The notes: generated by a model not told the origin, from the sequence alone. Numbered from the stretch's first letter, positions 46,923-55,314 are shown. The stretch: 64,000 bases of DNA from an uncultured Alphaproteobacteria bacterium (GCA_902539825.1 CACBMH010000003.1:2592-66591); one strand, 5' to 3'. Numbers and translations are program-made.

Positions 46923-47297
46923 TTAATTTCTTGGACTCAACTTACTGAAATAAGACCCCTCTTTCTGTAACCAAGTATTAATCATATTGAAAAAGTTATT
47001 ACTTAAGTAATAATTTTTAATTCGCTTATCTGTTTTACTCTGTTCTTTAGTAAAAATATTTTTTTCCAAAGCCTCGTTTAGTATAGATTGAATAGATGAT
47101 CTTGAACCAATTGACTTTGGTATATTTGCACAAATTGTTTCAAATGAAATTCCGTTTAATCTATTATTTTCATAAATTTCTAATGAAATAACATGATGTA
47201 AAATTGATTTAAATAAAAATTTTGAAACATAATCTTCTGAAAAAAAACTGGAATATATATTTCTCTTTTTTTCTTTAATAATTTCTGTTTCTGTCAT
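46923..47297 (-). CDS. hypothetical protein with a possible winged-helix DNA-binding region
   Basis: The segment ISFETICANIPKSIGSRSSIQSILNEALEKNIF followed by a basic stretch (KTDKRIKNYYLS) looks like HTH plus wing. This is by-eye only. Confidence 0.45.
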   Translation of the reverse strand: MTETEIIKEKKRNIYSSFFSEDYVSKFLFKSILHHVISLEIYENNRLNGISFETICANIPKSIGSRSSIQSILNEALEKNIFTKEQSKTDKRIKNYYLSNNFFNMINTWLQKEGSYFSKLSPRN

Positions 47298-47325
47298 TAA
47301 TTACTCTGTCTAATATTTAGCAATT

Positions 47326-47349
47326 TTGGGAGAGCAAATGCTCTCCCAA
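47326..47349 (-). terminator. GC-rich hairpin downstream of amt (probable terminator)
   Basis: TTGGGAGAGC-ATTT-GCTCTCCCAA on the minus strand forms a 10-bp stem, an outlier in AT-rich spacer. It has no long U tract. Confidence 0.55.
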
Positions 47350-47397
47350 TTATTAGTGACCAACTATAAGGAGTTGATTTGCTAATCACTAAATTCA

Positions 47398-48684
47398 TTA
47401 GTCTCTGATGCTGTAAGCCATTACGCCTACTTCAGATTTATCTGTTCCAAGTTTTTCAGCCTCTTCACTAATTCTAATACCAAAGAGCATTTTCATGATG
47501 TACCAAATAATAAATGATACAACAAAAACGAAAACATTAATTGCTATTATACCGTAGAGTTGAGCTCCAAAACTTGCAGCACTGTTTGAAATCGGAACAA
47601 CTAATGTTCCAAAAATTCCAGCAAAACCGTGAACAGGAATTGCACCTACAACGTCATCAATTTTTAGAGATATTAAAAGTCTAGTACCGTAGAAGACAAT
47701 TAAACCACCAACTGCACCAATGATTATTGCTAAAATTGGTGATGGAGCTAATGGTTCTGCTGTAATTGCTACTAGACCACCTAATGCACCATTAAGCATC
47801 ATAACAACATCTGTTTTACCAGTTACTAGTCTTGAAATTACTGCACAAGCCATTACTCCTGCACCAGCTGCCAAGTTAGTATTAATATATATTGTTGCTA
47901 CTGCTGTAACATCATCAAATGTACCCATTGCAAGTTGTGATCCACCATTAAATCCGAACCATCCAAGCCATAGGATAAATACACCAAGAGTTGCAAGAGG
48001 TATTGAAGAATTTGCAAAAGGCTCCATTGGAGCTGCTTCACCACTATCAGTGAACCTTCCTAATCTTGGGCCTAATAAAATTGCACCAGCAAGTGCTGCT
48101 GCTGCTCCTGCACTATGTACTAGAGTTGAACCAGCAAAATCTGAGAAACCAGCTTCCGCTAAGTATCCTCCGCCCCACTGCCAACCCATTTCTATTGGAT
48201 AAATGAAACCAGTTAATAAAGCACAAAAAATAAAGAATGGCCAAATTTTAATTCTTTCAGCTAGTGTTCCAGATACAATTGAGCAAGTTGTTGCACAAAA
48301 TACCATCTGAAAGAACCAGTCAGAACCATCTGAATACCCTGTATCGACAGCACTACCATCACTCCAAGGAATTGGAGATCCAATAAATCCACCAGCGGGT
48401 ATACCGTAAGCCATATTGTATCCGACTAACCAAAACATTATTCCTGCAATTGAATACAAGCCGATGTTTTTAGCTGCAATTGTTGCTACACTTTTTGATG
48501 TAACAAGTCCTGATTCAAGCATTGCAAATCCTGCTGCCATCCACATGACTAAGAACCCAGATACAAGAAATAGGAAAGTATTTAATATGTATTGCACTTC
48601 ACCATCTACCTCTGCTCTTGCGTATGAACTAAAGAGTAAGAAGACAGTTACAATGCCAATGAAATATATAGATTTTTTTAACAT
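47398..48684 (-). CDS. amt: ammonium transporter (Amt family)
   Basis: It has signal peptide-like N-terminus, about 11 TM helices and Amt motifs (DFAGSTLVHSAG, VHGFAGIFGTL). I moved the start to the ATG at 48684 (MLKKS...), preceded by GGAGG. No glnK gene is adjacent. Confidence 0.9.
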   Translation of the reverse strand: MLKKSIYFIGIVTVFLLFSSYARAEVDGEVQYILNTFLFLVSGFLVMWMAAGFAMLESGLVTSKSVATIAAKNIGLYSIAGIMFWLVGYNMAYGIPAGGFIGSPIPWSDGSAVDTGYSDGSDWFFQMVFCATTCSIVSGTLAERIKIWPFFIFCALLTGFIYPIEMGWQWGGGYLAEAGFSDFAGSTLVHSAGAAAALAGAILLGPRLGRFTDSGEAAPMEPFANSSIPLATLGVFILWLGWFGFNGGSQLAMGTFDDVTAVATIYINTNLAAGAGVMACAVISRLVTGKTDVVMMLNGALGGLVAITAEPLAPSPILAIIIGAVGGLIVFYGTRLLISLKIDDVVGAIPVHGFAGIFGTLVVPISNSAASFGAQLYGIIAINVFVFVVSFIIWYIMKMLFGIRISEEAEKLGTDKSEVGVMAYSIRD

Positions 48685-48776
48685 TAATCCTCCATTATAA
48701 ATTTCACAGTACATGGCTCACACTGAGTCATGTGTTACTTTTCATGCTTAGCTATGGAAATTAATTACTAAGATCC

Positions 48777-48828
48777 GCGTTCCTTCGGTTTAACCTACTT
48801 CCGATTTGCAAACTGCAAATTGAACGAT
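48777..48828 (-). promoter_or_regulatory. glutamine riboswitch aptamer (glnA RNA motif), promoter-distal copy
   Basis: The minus strand reads TCGTTCA ATTTGCA-GTT-TGCAAAT CGGAAGTAG GTTAAAC CGAAGGAACGC. It keeps the conserved CGGAAGUAG and GAAGGAACG blocks and the CGUUC/GAACG closing helix. Confidence 0.85.
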
Positions 48829-48843
48829 TTTATAACTTTGCAT

Positions 48844-48896
48844 GCGTTCCTTCGACATTCGTCTACTTCCGTCATTCAATAAGAATGATGAACGTA
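48844..48896 (-). promoter_or_regulatory. glutamine riboswitch aptamer (glnA RNA motif), promoter-proximal copy
   Basis: The minus strand reads ACGTTCA TCATTC-TTATT-GAATGA CGGAAGTAG ACGAATGT CGAAGGAACGC. The architecture matches the other copy, with a compensatory change in the internal hairpin. Confidence 0.85.
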
Positions 48897-48998
48897 ATGC
48901 TGATTTACTTTATTATTAAAATTTATTAAGAATATTTAAGTAAAGTTTGCTATGCATTTTTTGCATGAATAAAAAAATACAAGAAAACTTAGGAAAAT

Positions 48999-50150
48999 TC
49001 ATATAACTTCAGATAAATTTATCCACTTTGAGTCTTTTGTACTAGAATCGACACTTGCGTTTATAAACTTCATTATGTGTAAACCATCGTCAATATTTGG
49101 AAGAAGCTTTAGTAATTCCTCTTTATTTTCCTTATTTTGGATAACATCTGCAGCATCAGAGTAAATTTGTGCAAATGCTTCAAGATACCCTTCTGGATGA
49201 CCTGCAGGGATTCTAACATTAGCTTCAGTTCCCTCAACTTTAATTGAACCACCTCTAGTTATTATCTGGCTTGCCTCCCCTACTTGACTAAATGTTGCAT
49301 AATTTGGATTTTCTTGACTCCATTTTAATGCACCCTTGTCACCATAAATAGCTACAGTAAAATTATTTTCTTCACCTGTCGCAACTTGAGAAATAGATAA
49401 TGATCCTTTAGCGCCATTATTTAATCTGATCATAATTGAAGCATCATCATCTAATTTTCTTCCTTCAACAAAAGTTGTAAGATCTGCACTAACTGATTGC
49501 AATTTTAATTGAGTTATAAATTCTAACAAATGCATAGTATGACTACCAATATCACCTACTCCTCCTGCGGCCCCACTTCGTGAAGGATCAGTTCTCCATT
49601 CTGCTTGTTTATTTGAACCTGTGTCTTCTTCTTTTGAGCCGAGCCAGCCTTGAAGATATGATCCTTTAACAATTCTTATTTTGCCAAGTGCTCCACTTTC
49701 AATAAGTGATCTCATAACTCTAACGACTGGATAACCGGAATAATTATGAGTTAAGAAAAAATGAGCATCAGATTTAGAAACTGCATCAACTAATTTATGA
49801 GCATCTTCCATTGTAGAGGTCATAGGTTTGTCACAAATGACATGAATATTTTTATTTAGAAATTCAATTGCTGGTGCAGCATGCATATGATTTGGTGTAA
49901 CAATAGATACTACATCAATACCATCATCTCTTTTAGCTTCTTCCTCAGCCATAGTTTTAAAATCAGGGTAACTTCTTGAAGGATCGAGACCAATTTCTTC
50001 AGCAGATTTTGCAGCTTTTTCAGGGGTTGAAGATAAACAACCAGCAACAAATTCATATTTATCATCCATTCGTGCACATAGACGATGAACAGCTCCTATA
50101 AAAGCTCCTTGGCCACCACCTATCATTCCTAATTTTAATCTTTTTGTCAT
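48999..50150 (-). CDS. Gfo/Idh/MocA-family oxidoreductase
   Basis: It has an N-terminal Rossmann fold (LGMIGGGQGAFIG) and CDKPM (EKP-type) motif and is 383 aa. Confidence 0.85.
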   Translation of the reverse strand: MTKRLKLGMIGGGQGAFIGAVHRLCARMDDKYEFVAGCLSSTPEKAAKSAEEIGLDPSRSYPDFKTMAEEEAKRDDGIDVVSIVTPNHMHAAPAIEFLNKNIHVICDKPMTSTMEDAHKLVDAVSKSDAHFFLTHNYSGYPVVRVMRSLIESGALGKIRIVKGSYLQGWLGSKEEDTGSNKQAEWRTDPSRSGAAGGVGDIGSHTMHLLEFITQLKLQSVSADLTTFVEGRKLDDDASIMIRLNNGAKGSLSISQVATGEENNFTVAIYGDKGALKWSQENPNYATFSQVGEASQIITRGGSIKVEGTEANVRIPAGHPEGYLEAFAQIYSDAADVIQNKENKEELLKLLPNIDDGLHIMKFINASVDSSTKDSKWINLSEVI

Positions 50151-50162
50151 TTAAATTCCCTC

Positions 50163-51215
50163 CTAAATACCTAAAAGTTTTTTATTAGTTTCTTCATCCA
50201 TTCCTGAGTCAGCAAAATCATCAAAAGCTTTTTCAGTTACATCGATGATATGTTCTTTTATAAATTTTGCACCTTCTTCTGCCCCTTGTTGTGGACTTTT
50301 TATACAACATTCCCATTCTAGAACTGCCCAGCCATCAAAATTATAACCAGATAGTTTTGAAAAAATAGATTTAAAGTCAACCTGACCATCTCCTAATGAT
50401 CTAAATCTACCTGCTCTATTAATCCATGATTGAAAACCTCTGTATACACCTTGTTTCCCACTTGGATTTAATTCGGCATCTTTTACATGAAACATTTTTA
50501 ATTTGTCATGATAGATATCAATATGATCTAAATAATTTAAATGTTGAAGAATAAAATGACTTGGATCATATAGCATATTACATCTTGAATGATTACCAAC
50601 CTTTTCTAAAAACATTTCAAAAGTAATGCCATCATGGAGGTCTTCACCAGGATGAATTTCATAACAAAGATCAACTCCAGCTTCGTCAAATTTATTTAAA
50701 ATTGGTTTCCATCTTTTTGCAAGTTCATTAAAAGCTTCATCTACTAATCCTTCTGGTCTTTGAGGCCATGGATATAAATATGGCCAAGCTAGTGCACCAG
50801 AAAAAGTTGCATGTGCATTTAGTCCAAAGTTCTTTGAAGCCATTGCTGCTTGCATTAATTGATCAATGGCCCATTCTTTTCTTTTACTTGGATTGCCTCT
50901 TACTTTTTCATCTGCAAATCCATCAAAAGGAATATCGTATGCAGGATGAACAGCAACAAGCTGACCTTGAAGGTGAGTAGATAGCTCTGTGAGTTGTAAA
51001 TTATTATTTTCAAGAATTCCTTTTATATCATCACAATAATCTTTACTTTCAGATGCTTTTTTTAAATCTATTAATCTTGAATCCCAAGAAGGTATCTGTA
51101 CGCCTTTATATCCTAAATTAGAAGCCCATTTTGATATTGACTCTAAGGAGTTAAAAGGTTCATCATCACTTACAAATTGGGCAAGAAATATTGCAGGGCC
51201 TTTTATTTTTTTCAT
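50163..51215 (-). CDS. xylose-isomerase-like TIM-barrel (sugar phosphate isomerase/epimerase family) protein
   Basis: It is 350 aa. By-eye features of the AP_endonuc_2 fold include YEIHPGE and HVKD metal-ligand-like motifs. It is paired with the downstream Gfo/Idh/MocA gene. Confidence 0.7.
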   Translation of the reverse strand: MKKIKGPAIFLAQFVSDDEPFNSLESISKWASNLGYKGVQIPSWDSRLIDLKKASESKDYCDDIKGILENNNLQLTELSTHLQGQLVAVHPAYDIPFDGFADEKVRGNPSKRKEWAIDQLMQAAMASKNFGLNAHATFSGALAWPYLYPWPQRPEGLVDEAFNELAKRWKPILNKFDEAGVDLCYEIHPGEDLHDGITFEMFLEKVGNHSRCNMLYDPSHFILQHLNYLDHIDIYHDKLKMFHVKDAELNPSGKQGVYRGFQSWINRAGRFRSLGDGQVDFKSIFSKLSGYNFDGWAVLEWECCIKSPQQGAEEGAKFIKEHIIDVTEKAFDDFADSGMDEETNKKLLGI

Positions 51216-51249
51216 ATTAAATCTCCATAATTATTTAAACACGAAACAG

Positions 51250-51978
51250 CTAGGTAGTCATTAAATTTTTAAAATTTTCGTATAATTTTTTAGTATTATA
51301 GTTCATTTCTTGAATATTATTTCTAAGCAATTTATCTAGTTTATCAATGGAGTTTTTGCCTAAATATTTTTCTAAAGCATTTTTTAATTCAGGAACTTTG
51401 GACCATTTAATGATTGTGTTTTCATCTACTTCCATATGAAATTGAATGCCATAAGCATGGTTTTTATACTTAAAAATTTGAAATTTTGTAATATCTGATG
51501 AACCTAAAATTGTAACATCAGAATTATTTAGTTCACTTACCTCGTAACTATGCCATTGTAATGCTTTAATCTGATTATCAAAATTTTGAAAAAGTTGATC
51601 CTTTTTTTTATTATCTAAAATATTAATATTTAGAACCCCAATTTCTGGAGGATTAGATTTAATTACTTTACCGCCAAGAATTTCTCCTAAAAATTGACAG
51701 CCTAAACAGATTCCGAGATATGGTTTTTGATTATTGAGAACAAATTCCTTTATCTTATTTTTTTCATCAATCATCCATGGATATTGTTCTTCCATCCAAG
51801 TATCCATTGGTCCACCTAAACAGATCATTCCATCATATATATCAAGATTAACAGAAATCTTTTCTTCTTTATCCAATCGAATTATATTTGTTTCTACTAA
51901 GTCTTCATTCATTAACTTTGTAAAGTATCCAGGTGTTACTAAAGGCGTATGTTGAAGAATAATTATTTTATGAGACAC
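51250..51978 (-). CDS. class I glutamine amidotransferase (stand-alone GATase1)
   Basis: It has the nucleophile elbow GICLGCQFL and QFHMEV (His/Glu) and is 242 aa. Confidence 0.8.
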   Translation of the reverse strand: MSHKIIILQHTPLVTPGYFTKLMNEDLVETNIIRLDKEEKISVNLDIYDGMICLGGPMDTWMEEQYPWMIDEKNKIKEFVLNNQKPYLGICLGCQFLGEILGGKVIKSNPPEIGVLNINILDNKKKDQLFQNFDNQIKALQWHSYEVSELNNSDVTILGSSDITKFQIFKYKNHAYGIQFHMEVDENTIIKWSKVPELKNALEKYLGKNSIDKLDKLLRNNIQEMNYNTKKLYENFKNLMTT

Positions 51979-52408
51979 TTTGTTCTAAGTTGAGTAATCT
52001 TTTTTTTAACTTGATCCCCCCTCTTCCAGAAAATCCTCCAAGTTTACCATCACTACGAATTATGCGATGACAGGGAATAATAAGCAAAAGTTTATTTTGT
52101 CCACAAACATTACCTACATATCTTGGAGACGTACCAACCTTTTTTGCAATTTCTCCATATGTTGAAACTTTACCATATTGAATTTTAGACAACTCTTTCC
52201 AAATTTTTTTTTGCAAAGGGGAGCCTTCAAAAGAATAGTTAATCTTAAAATTTTTAAGTTTTCCAGAAGCATATAAATTAATCTGATTCTTAATATTAAT
52301 TAAATCAATTTTTTTATTTGTTTTTCCAAAACTCAGTGAAAAGACGCTGCCACTCTTTTTTTTTACCGTAATCCAGCCGAGTTTAGTTTTAAAAGAAGCA
52401 GTTTCCAT
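51968..52408 (-). CDS. ogt: methylated-DNA-protein-cysteine methyltransferase
   Basis: It has the IPCHRII active-site motif and an HTH segment YGEIAKKVG. Confidence 0.9.
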   Translation of the reverse strand: METASFKTKLGWITVKKKSGSVFSLSFGKTNKKIDLINIKNQINLYASGKLKNFKINYSFEGSPLQKKIWKELSKIQYGKVSTYGEIAKKVGTSPRYVGNVCGQNKLLLIIPCHRIIRSDGKLGGFSGRGGIKLKKRLLNLEQSVS

Positions 52409-52461
52409 ATAAAATTAATAACATTATTGAATGAATCTATCAAAATAATTTATAGTAAATC

Positions 52462-52668
52462 ATGGATGAAGATAATTTAAATCTAGAAATTAGAAAATTT
52501 CTTAAACAAGTTGGTATTAGTTCTCAAGGTGAAATAGAAAATTACATACGAAAAAAATTTACTGCAGGAAGTATCAAAATTGGTGAATCCATAAAAGTAT
52601 CTATGAATTTATCATCTGAAGATGGAGAACTTAATCATTCAATTAAAGAAGATTTAAAAATAAAATAA
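52462..52668 (+). CDS. small conserved hypothetical protein (68 aa)
   Basis: This is an isolated plus-strand ORF. The N-terminal LEIRKFLKQVGISSQGEIE resembles a small proteobacterial DUF family. Function is unknown. Confidence 0.5.
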   Translation: MDEDNLNLEIRKFLKQVGISSQGEIENYIRKKFTAGSIKIGESIKVSMNLSSEDGELNHSIKEDLKIK

Positions 52669-52691
52669 TTTTTTTGAATATGTTGAAAAAT

Positions 52692-53945
52692 TTAGATAAT
52701 ACGACTTTGTATTTTATCAATATTTTCAAGTTTAGATAATGGTCCAATACTTGATATAGTTATTGGTCCTTTTACAATTTCATTAGCAATTTTTTGAACA
52801 GTTTCTTTAGAGACTTTATCTATATTTTTAATAGTTTCAGATGGGTCAATTATTCTATCAAAGACTAGAAGTTGTCTAGCAGCACTCTCACATCTTCTAA
52901 ATGCACTTTCCCTCCCCATCATTAAGCTTGCTTTCAATTGAGCTTTACCTCTATTTATTTCCTTTTCTGTAATTGAATTAGGACTTTCATTTAATTGATC
53001 ACATAAAACAGGTATGAGCTCTTGGATTTGATTTTCACCTGTTCCACAATAAATACCAAAAACACCCGTGTCAGTGTAAGAAGAACTAAAAGAAGAAATA
53101 CCATATACAAGACCACGTTTCTCTCTTATCTCTTGAAACAATCTTGATGACATACCTCCACCTAATAAAGAAGAGTAAACTAATAAAGAATAGTAATCAT
53201 CATGGTGATAATCTATGCCTTCAAAACCAAGTAGTAAGTGAATCTGTTCTAATTTTTTATCTTCTCTGTATTCTCCAGATTTGTAATCAGCTTTTTGTCT
53301 TTCAGTAGATAATCCAGATGGTAGGTTAGTGCATGATTTTTTAATTGATTCTACAAATTGATCATGATCAATTTTTCCAGCTGCACTTATAATCATTTTT
53401 TTTGGATTATAATGATTCATCATGAAGTCTTTAACTTCGTCTCTTGAAATATTTTTAATAATATCAGTTTTACCCAATATGGAGCGTCCCATTGGCTGGT
53501 CCGGGTATGCTTTTTCTTGCCAATAATCAAAAATCATATCATCAGGTGTATCAAGGTACATGCCAATTTCTTGAATTATGACTCCTCTTTCTCGATTAAG
53601 TTCATCTTCAGCAAATGTAGAATTTTGCAAAATATCTGTCAGAATATCTATTCCATAATGTAGGTCATCAGCTAAGAGTTTAACATAATAAGCTGTTATT
53701 TCCTTTGAAGTATAGGCATTAATATCTCCGCCAACATTTTCAATTGTTTCAGCAATTTGAAGAGCATTTTTAGTTGAGGTACCTTTAAAAGCCATATGCT
53801 CTAAAAGGTGAGCGACACCATTTATGTCTTTTGTTTCATCTCTTCCGCCAACAAAATTCCATATACCCATTGATACTGTTTCCAGCCCTGGCATATTCTG
53901 GGTTACTATTCTTAATCCGTTTTCTAGTGTTGTAATTTTATGCAT
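52692..53945 (-). CDS. M16-family zinc peptidase (MPP/PqqL-like)
   Basis: It has the inverted zinc motif HLLEHMAF and a downstream Glu in an EDEL...E region. Length is 417 aa. Confidence 0.9.
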   Translation of the reverse strand: MHKITTLENGLRIVTQNMPGLETVSMGIWNFVGGRDETKDINGVAHLLEHMAFKGTSTKNALQIAETIENVGGDINAYTSKEITAYYVKLLADDLHYGIDILTDILQNSTFAEDELNRERGVIIQEIGMYLDTPDDMIFDYWQEKAYPDQPMGRSILGKTDIIKNISRDEVKDFMMNHYNPKKMIISAAGKIDHDQFVESIKKSCTNLPSGLSTERQKADYKSGEYREDKKLEQIHLLLGFEGIDYHHDDYYSLLVYSSLLGGGMSSRLFQEIREKRGLVYGISSFSSSYTDTGVFGIYCGTGENQIQELIPVLCDQLNESPNSITEKEINRGKAQLKASLMMGRESAFRRCESAARQLLVFDRIIDPSETIKNIDKVSKETVQKIANEIVKGPITISSIGPLSKLENIDKIQSRII

Positions 53946-55314
53946 TGCTTATTTTTTCTAAGATGAAGTTTTTTACATCCATAGTACTATTCGGTAATAT
54001 AGTCATCTTTTCCTCTTTATCAAAGAGATTGCTCAATTCTTTTGGTATATCAATTTCTTTATTAATTGCTTTATTCACAGCATTGTCAAATTTTGCAGGA
54101 TGTGCACAAACCAAAGATATCCAGGCTTCATCATCTTTTTTATCTAATAATACTTTTAGTCCTGTTGCAGTATGTGGATCAGCAATATAATTATATTTTT
54201 CATATACATGTTTAATTGTTTCCAGAGTCTGGTTATCATCAATTGAGGAAGCTTTATATATTTGCTGAAACTTAGCTAAAACAGAGTCATCAAATTGATA
54301 AAAACCTTTTGATGAAAAGCTTTCAAATACTTCATTTACTCTTTTGCTATCTCTATTTAGGCTTTCAAAAATTTGCCTCTCAAAGTTACTTGAAACTTGT
54401 ATATCCATACTAGGGCTATATGTTTGAGAAACAGATTTTTTTTTCATTTCTCCAGTGTCTACTATGGACTTCAAGATGTCATTAGAATTAGTTGCAATAT
54501 GTAAATGACCAATAGGTAATCCCATTTGTTTAGCAACAAAGGCAGAAAAAATATTGCCAAAATTTCCTGAAGGAACAATAAAATTTATTTGATGCTTATC
54601 AGTTTGTAAATAGGACCAAAAATAATAAACTACTTGCGCAATTAATCGTGTCCAATTTATAGAGTTTACAGCAGTTAAAGAGGTAGACTGTTGTATTTCA
54701 TCATCAACAAATAATTCTTTGACAATTTTTTGACAATCATCAAAATTACCATCTATAGCAATATTAAAAATATTCTTATCAATTACTGTAGTCATTTGTT
54801 TTTGTTGAACAGGCGATACTTTATTATGAGGATGTAGAATAAATACATTTATATCTTTTTTTGATTTAAAAGAATGAATTGCAGCTGAACCAGTATCACC
54901 AGAAGTTGCGCCTAAAACAGTAATTTTTTTTGGAGACATCTCTAAACTTGCAGAAAATAAGTTACCAAGAAATTGTAAAGCATAATCTTTAAAAGCATAA
55001 GTAGGTCCATAAATTAATTCTAATAAAAATTTATTATTTTCTAATTCTACTAATGGAGCTATTTTTTCATGATTAAAATTTGCATAAGTTTCATTTAAAA
55101 TTTTTTGTAATTCTAATTTTTCTATATTTTCAATTACATAAGGAAAAATAATTTCGCATGCCACTTGTTCGTATGATTTATTTTTTAAACTTAGTAAGTC
55201 TATTTTGGGCCAGCTTTGGGGTAAATATAGACCGCCATCTCTTGATAATCCTTGATAAAGAATGTCGTTGAATGATCTGCTTAGAGAATCATCTCTTGTG
55301 CTTAAATATTTCAT
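53938..55314 (-). CDS. thrC: threonine synthase
   Basis: It has the N-terminus MKYLSTR.., GLA/GGLYLP, the PLP-lysine region PTYAFKD and GATSGDTGSAA. Confidence 0.9.
   Translation of the reverse strand: MKYLSTRDDSLSRSFNDILYQGLSRDGGLYLPQSWPKIDLLSLKNKSYEQVACEIIFPYVIENIEKLELQKILNETYANFNHEKIAPLVELENNKFLLELIYGPTYAFKDYALQFLGNLFSASLEMSPKKITVLGATSGDTGSAAIHSFKSKKDINVFILHPHNKVSPVQQKQMTTVIDKNIFNIAIDGNFDDCQKIVKELFVDDEIQQSTSLTAVNSINWTRLIAQVVYYFWSYLQTDKHQINFIVPSGNFGNIFSAFVAKQMGLPIGHLHIATNSNDILKSIVDTGEMKKKSVSQTYSPSMDIQVSSNFERQIFESLNRDSKRVNEVFESFSSKGFYQFDDSVLAKFQQIYKASSIDDNQTLETIKHVYEKYNYIADPHTATGLKVLLDKKDDEAWISLVCAHPAKFDNAVNKAINKEIDIPKELSNLFDKEEKMTILPNSTMDVKNFILEKISNA

Noticed and set aside
47720-48202. A 160-aa plus-strand ORF rich in Ala and Pro.
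   Set aside because: It lies entirely antisense to the well-supported amt gene. Its composition is what the complement of Gly/Ala-rich membrane codons produces. It has no ribosome-binding site and no recognisable motif.
48685-48714. The longer amt start (MYCEIYNGGL...) given by the ORF track.
   Set aside because: It has no Shine-Dalgarno sequence and sits inside a leader hairpin. The extra residues precede the signal-peptide-like MLKKSIYFIG, which has a GGAGG 4 nt upstream.
48916-48966. A 16-codon minus-strand ORF (MQKMHSKLYLNILNKF) upstream of the riboswitch aptamers, considered as a possible leader peptide. It overlaps the ATGCAAAAAATGCAT palindrome.
   Set aside because: It has no ribosome-binding site. 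An ORF this short is expected by chance in AT-rich spacer. The palindrome has only 5-bp arms and no U tract.
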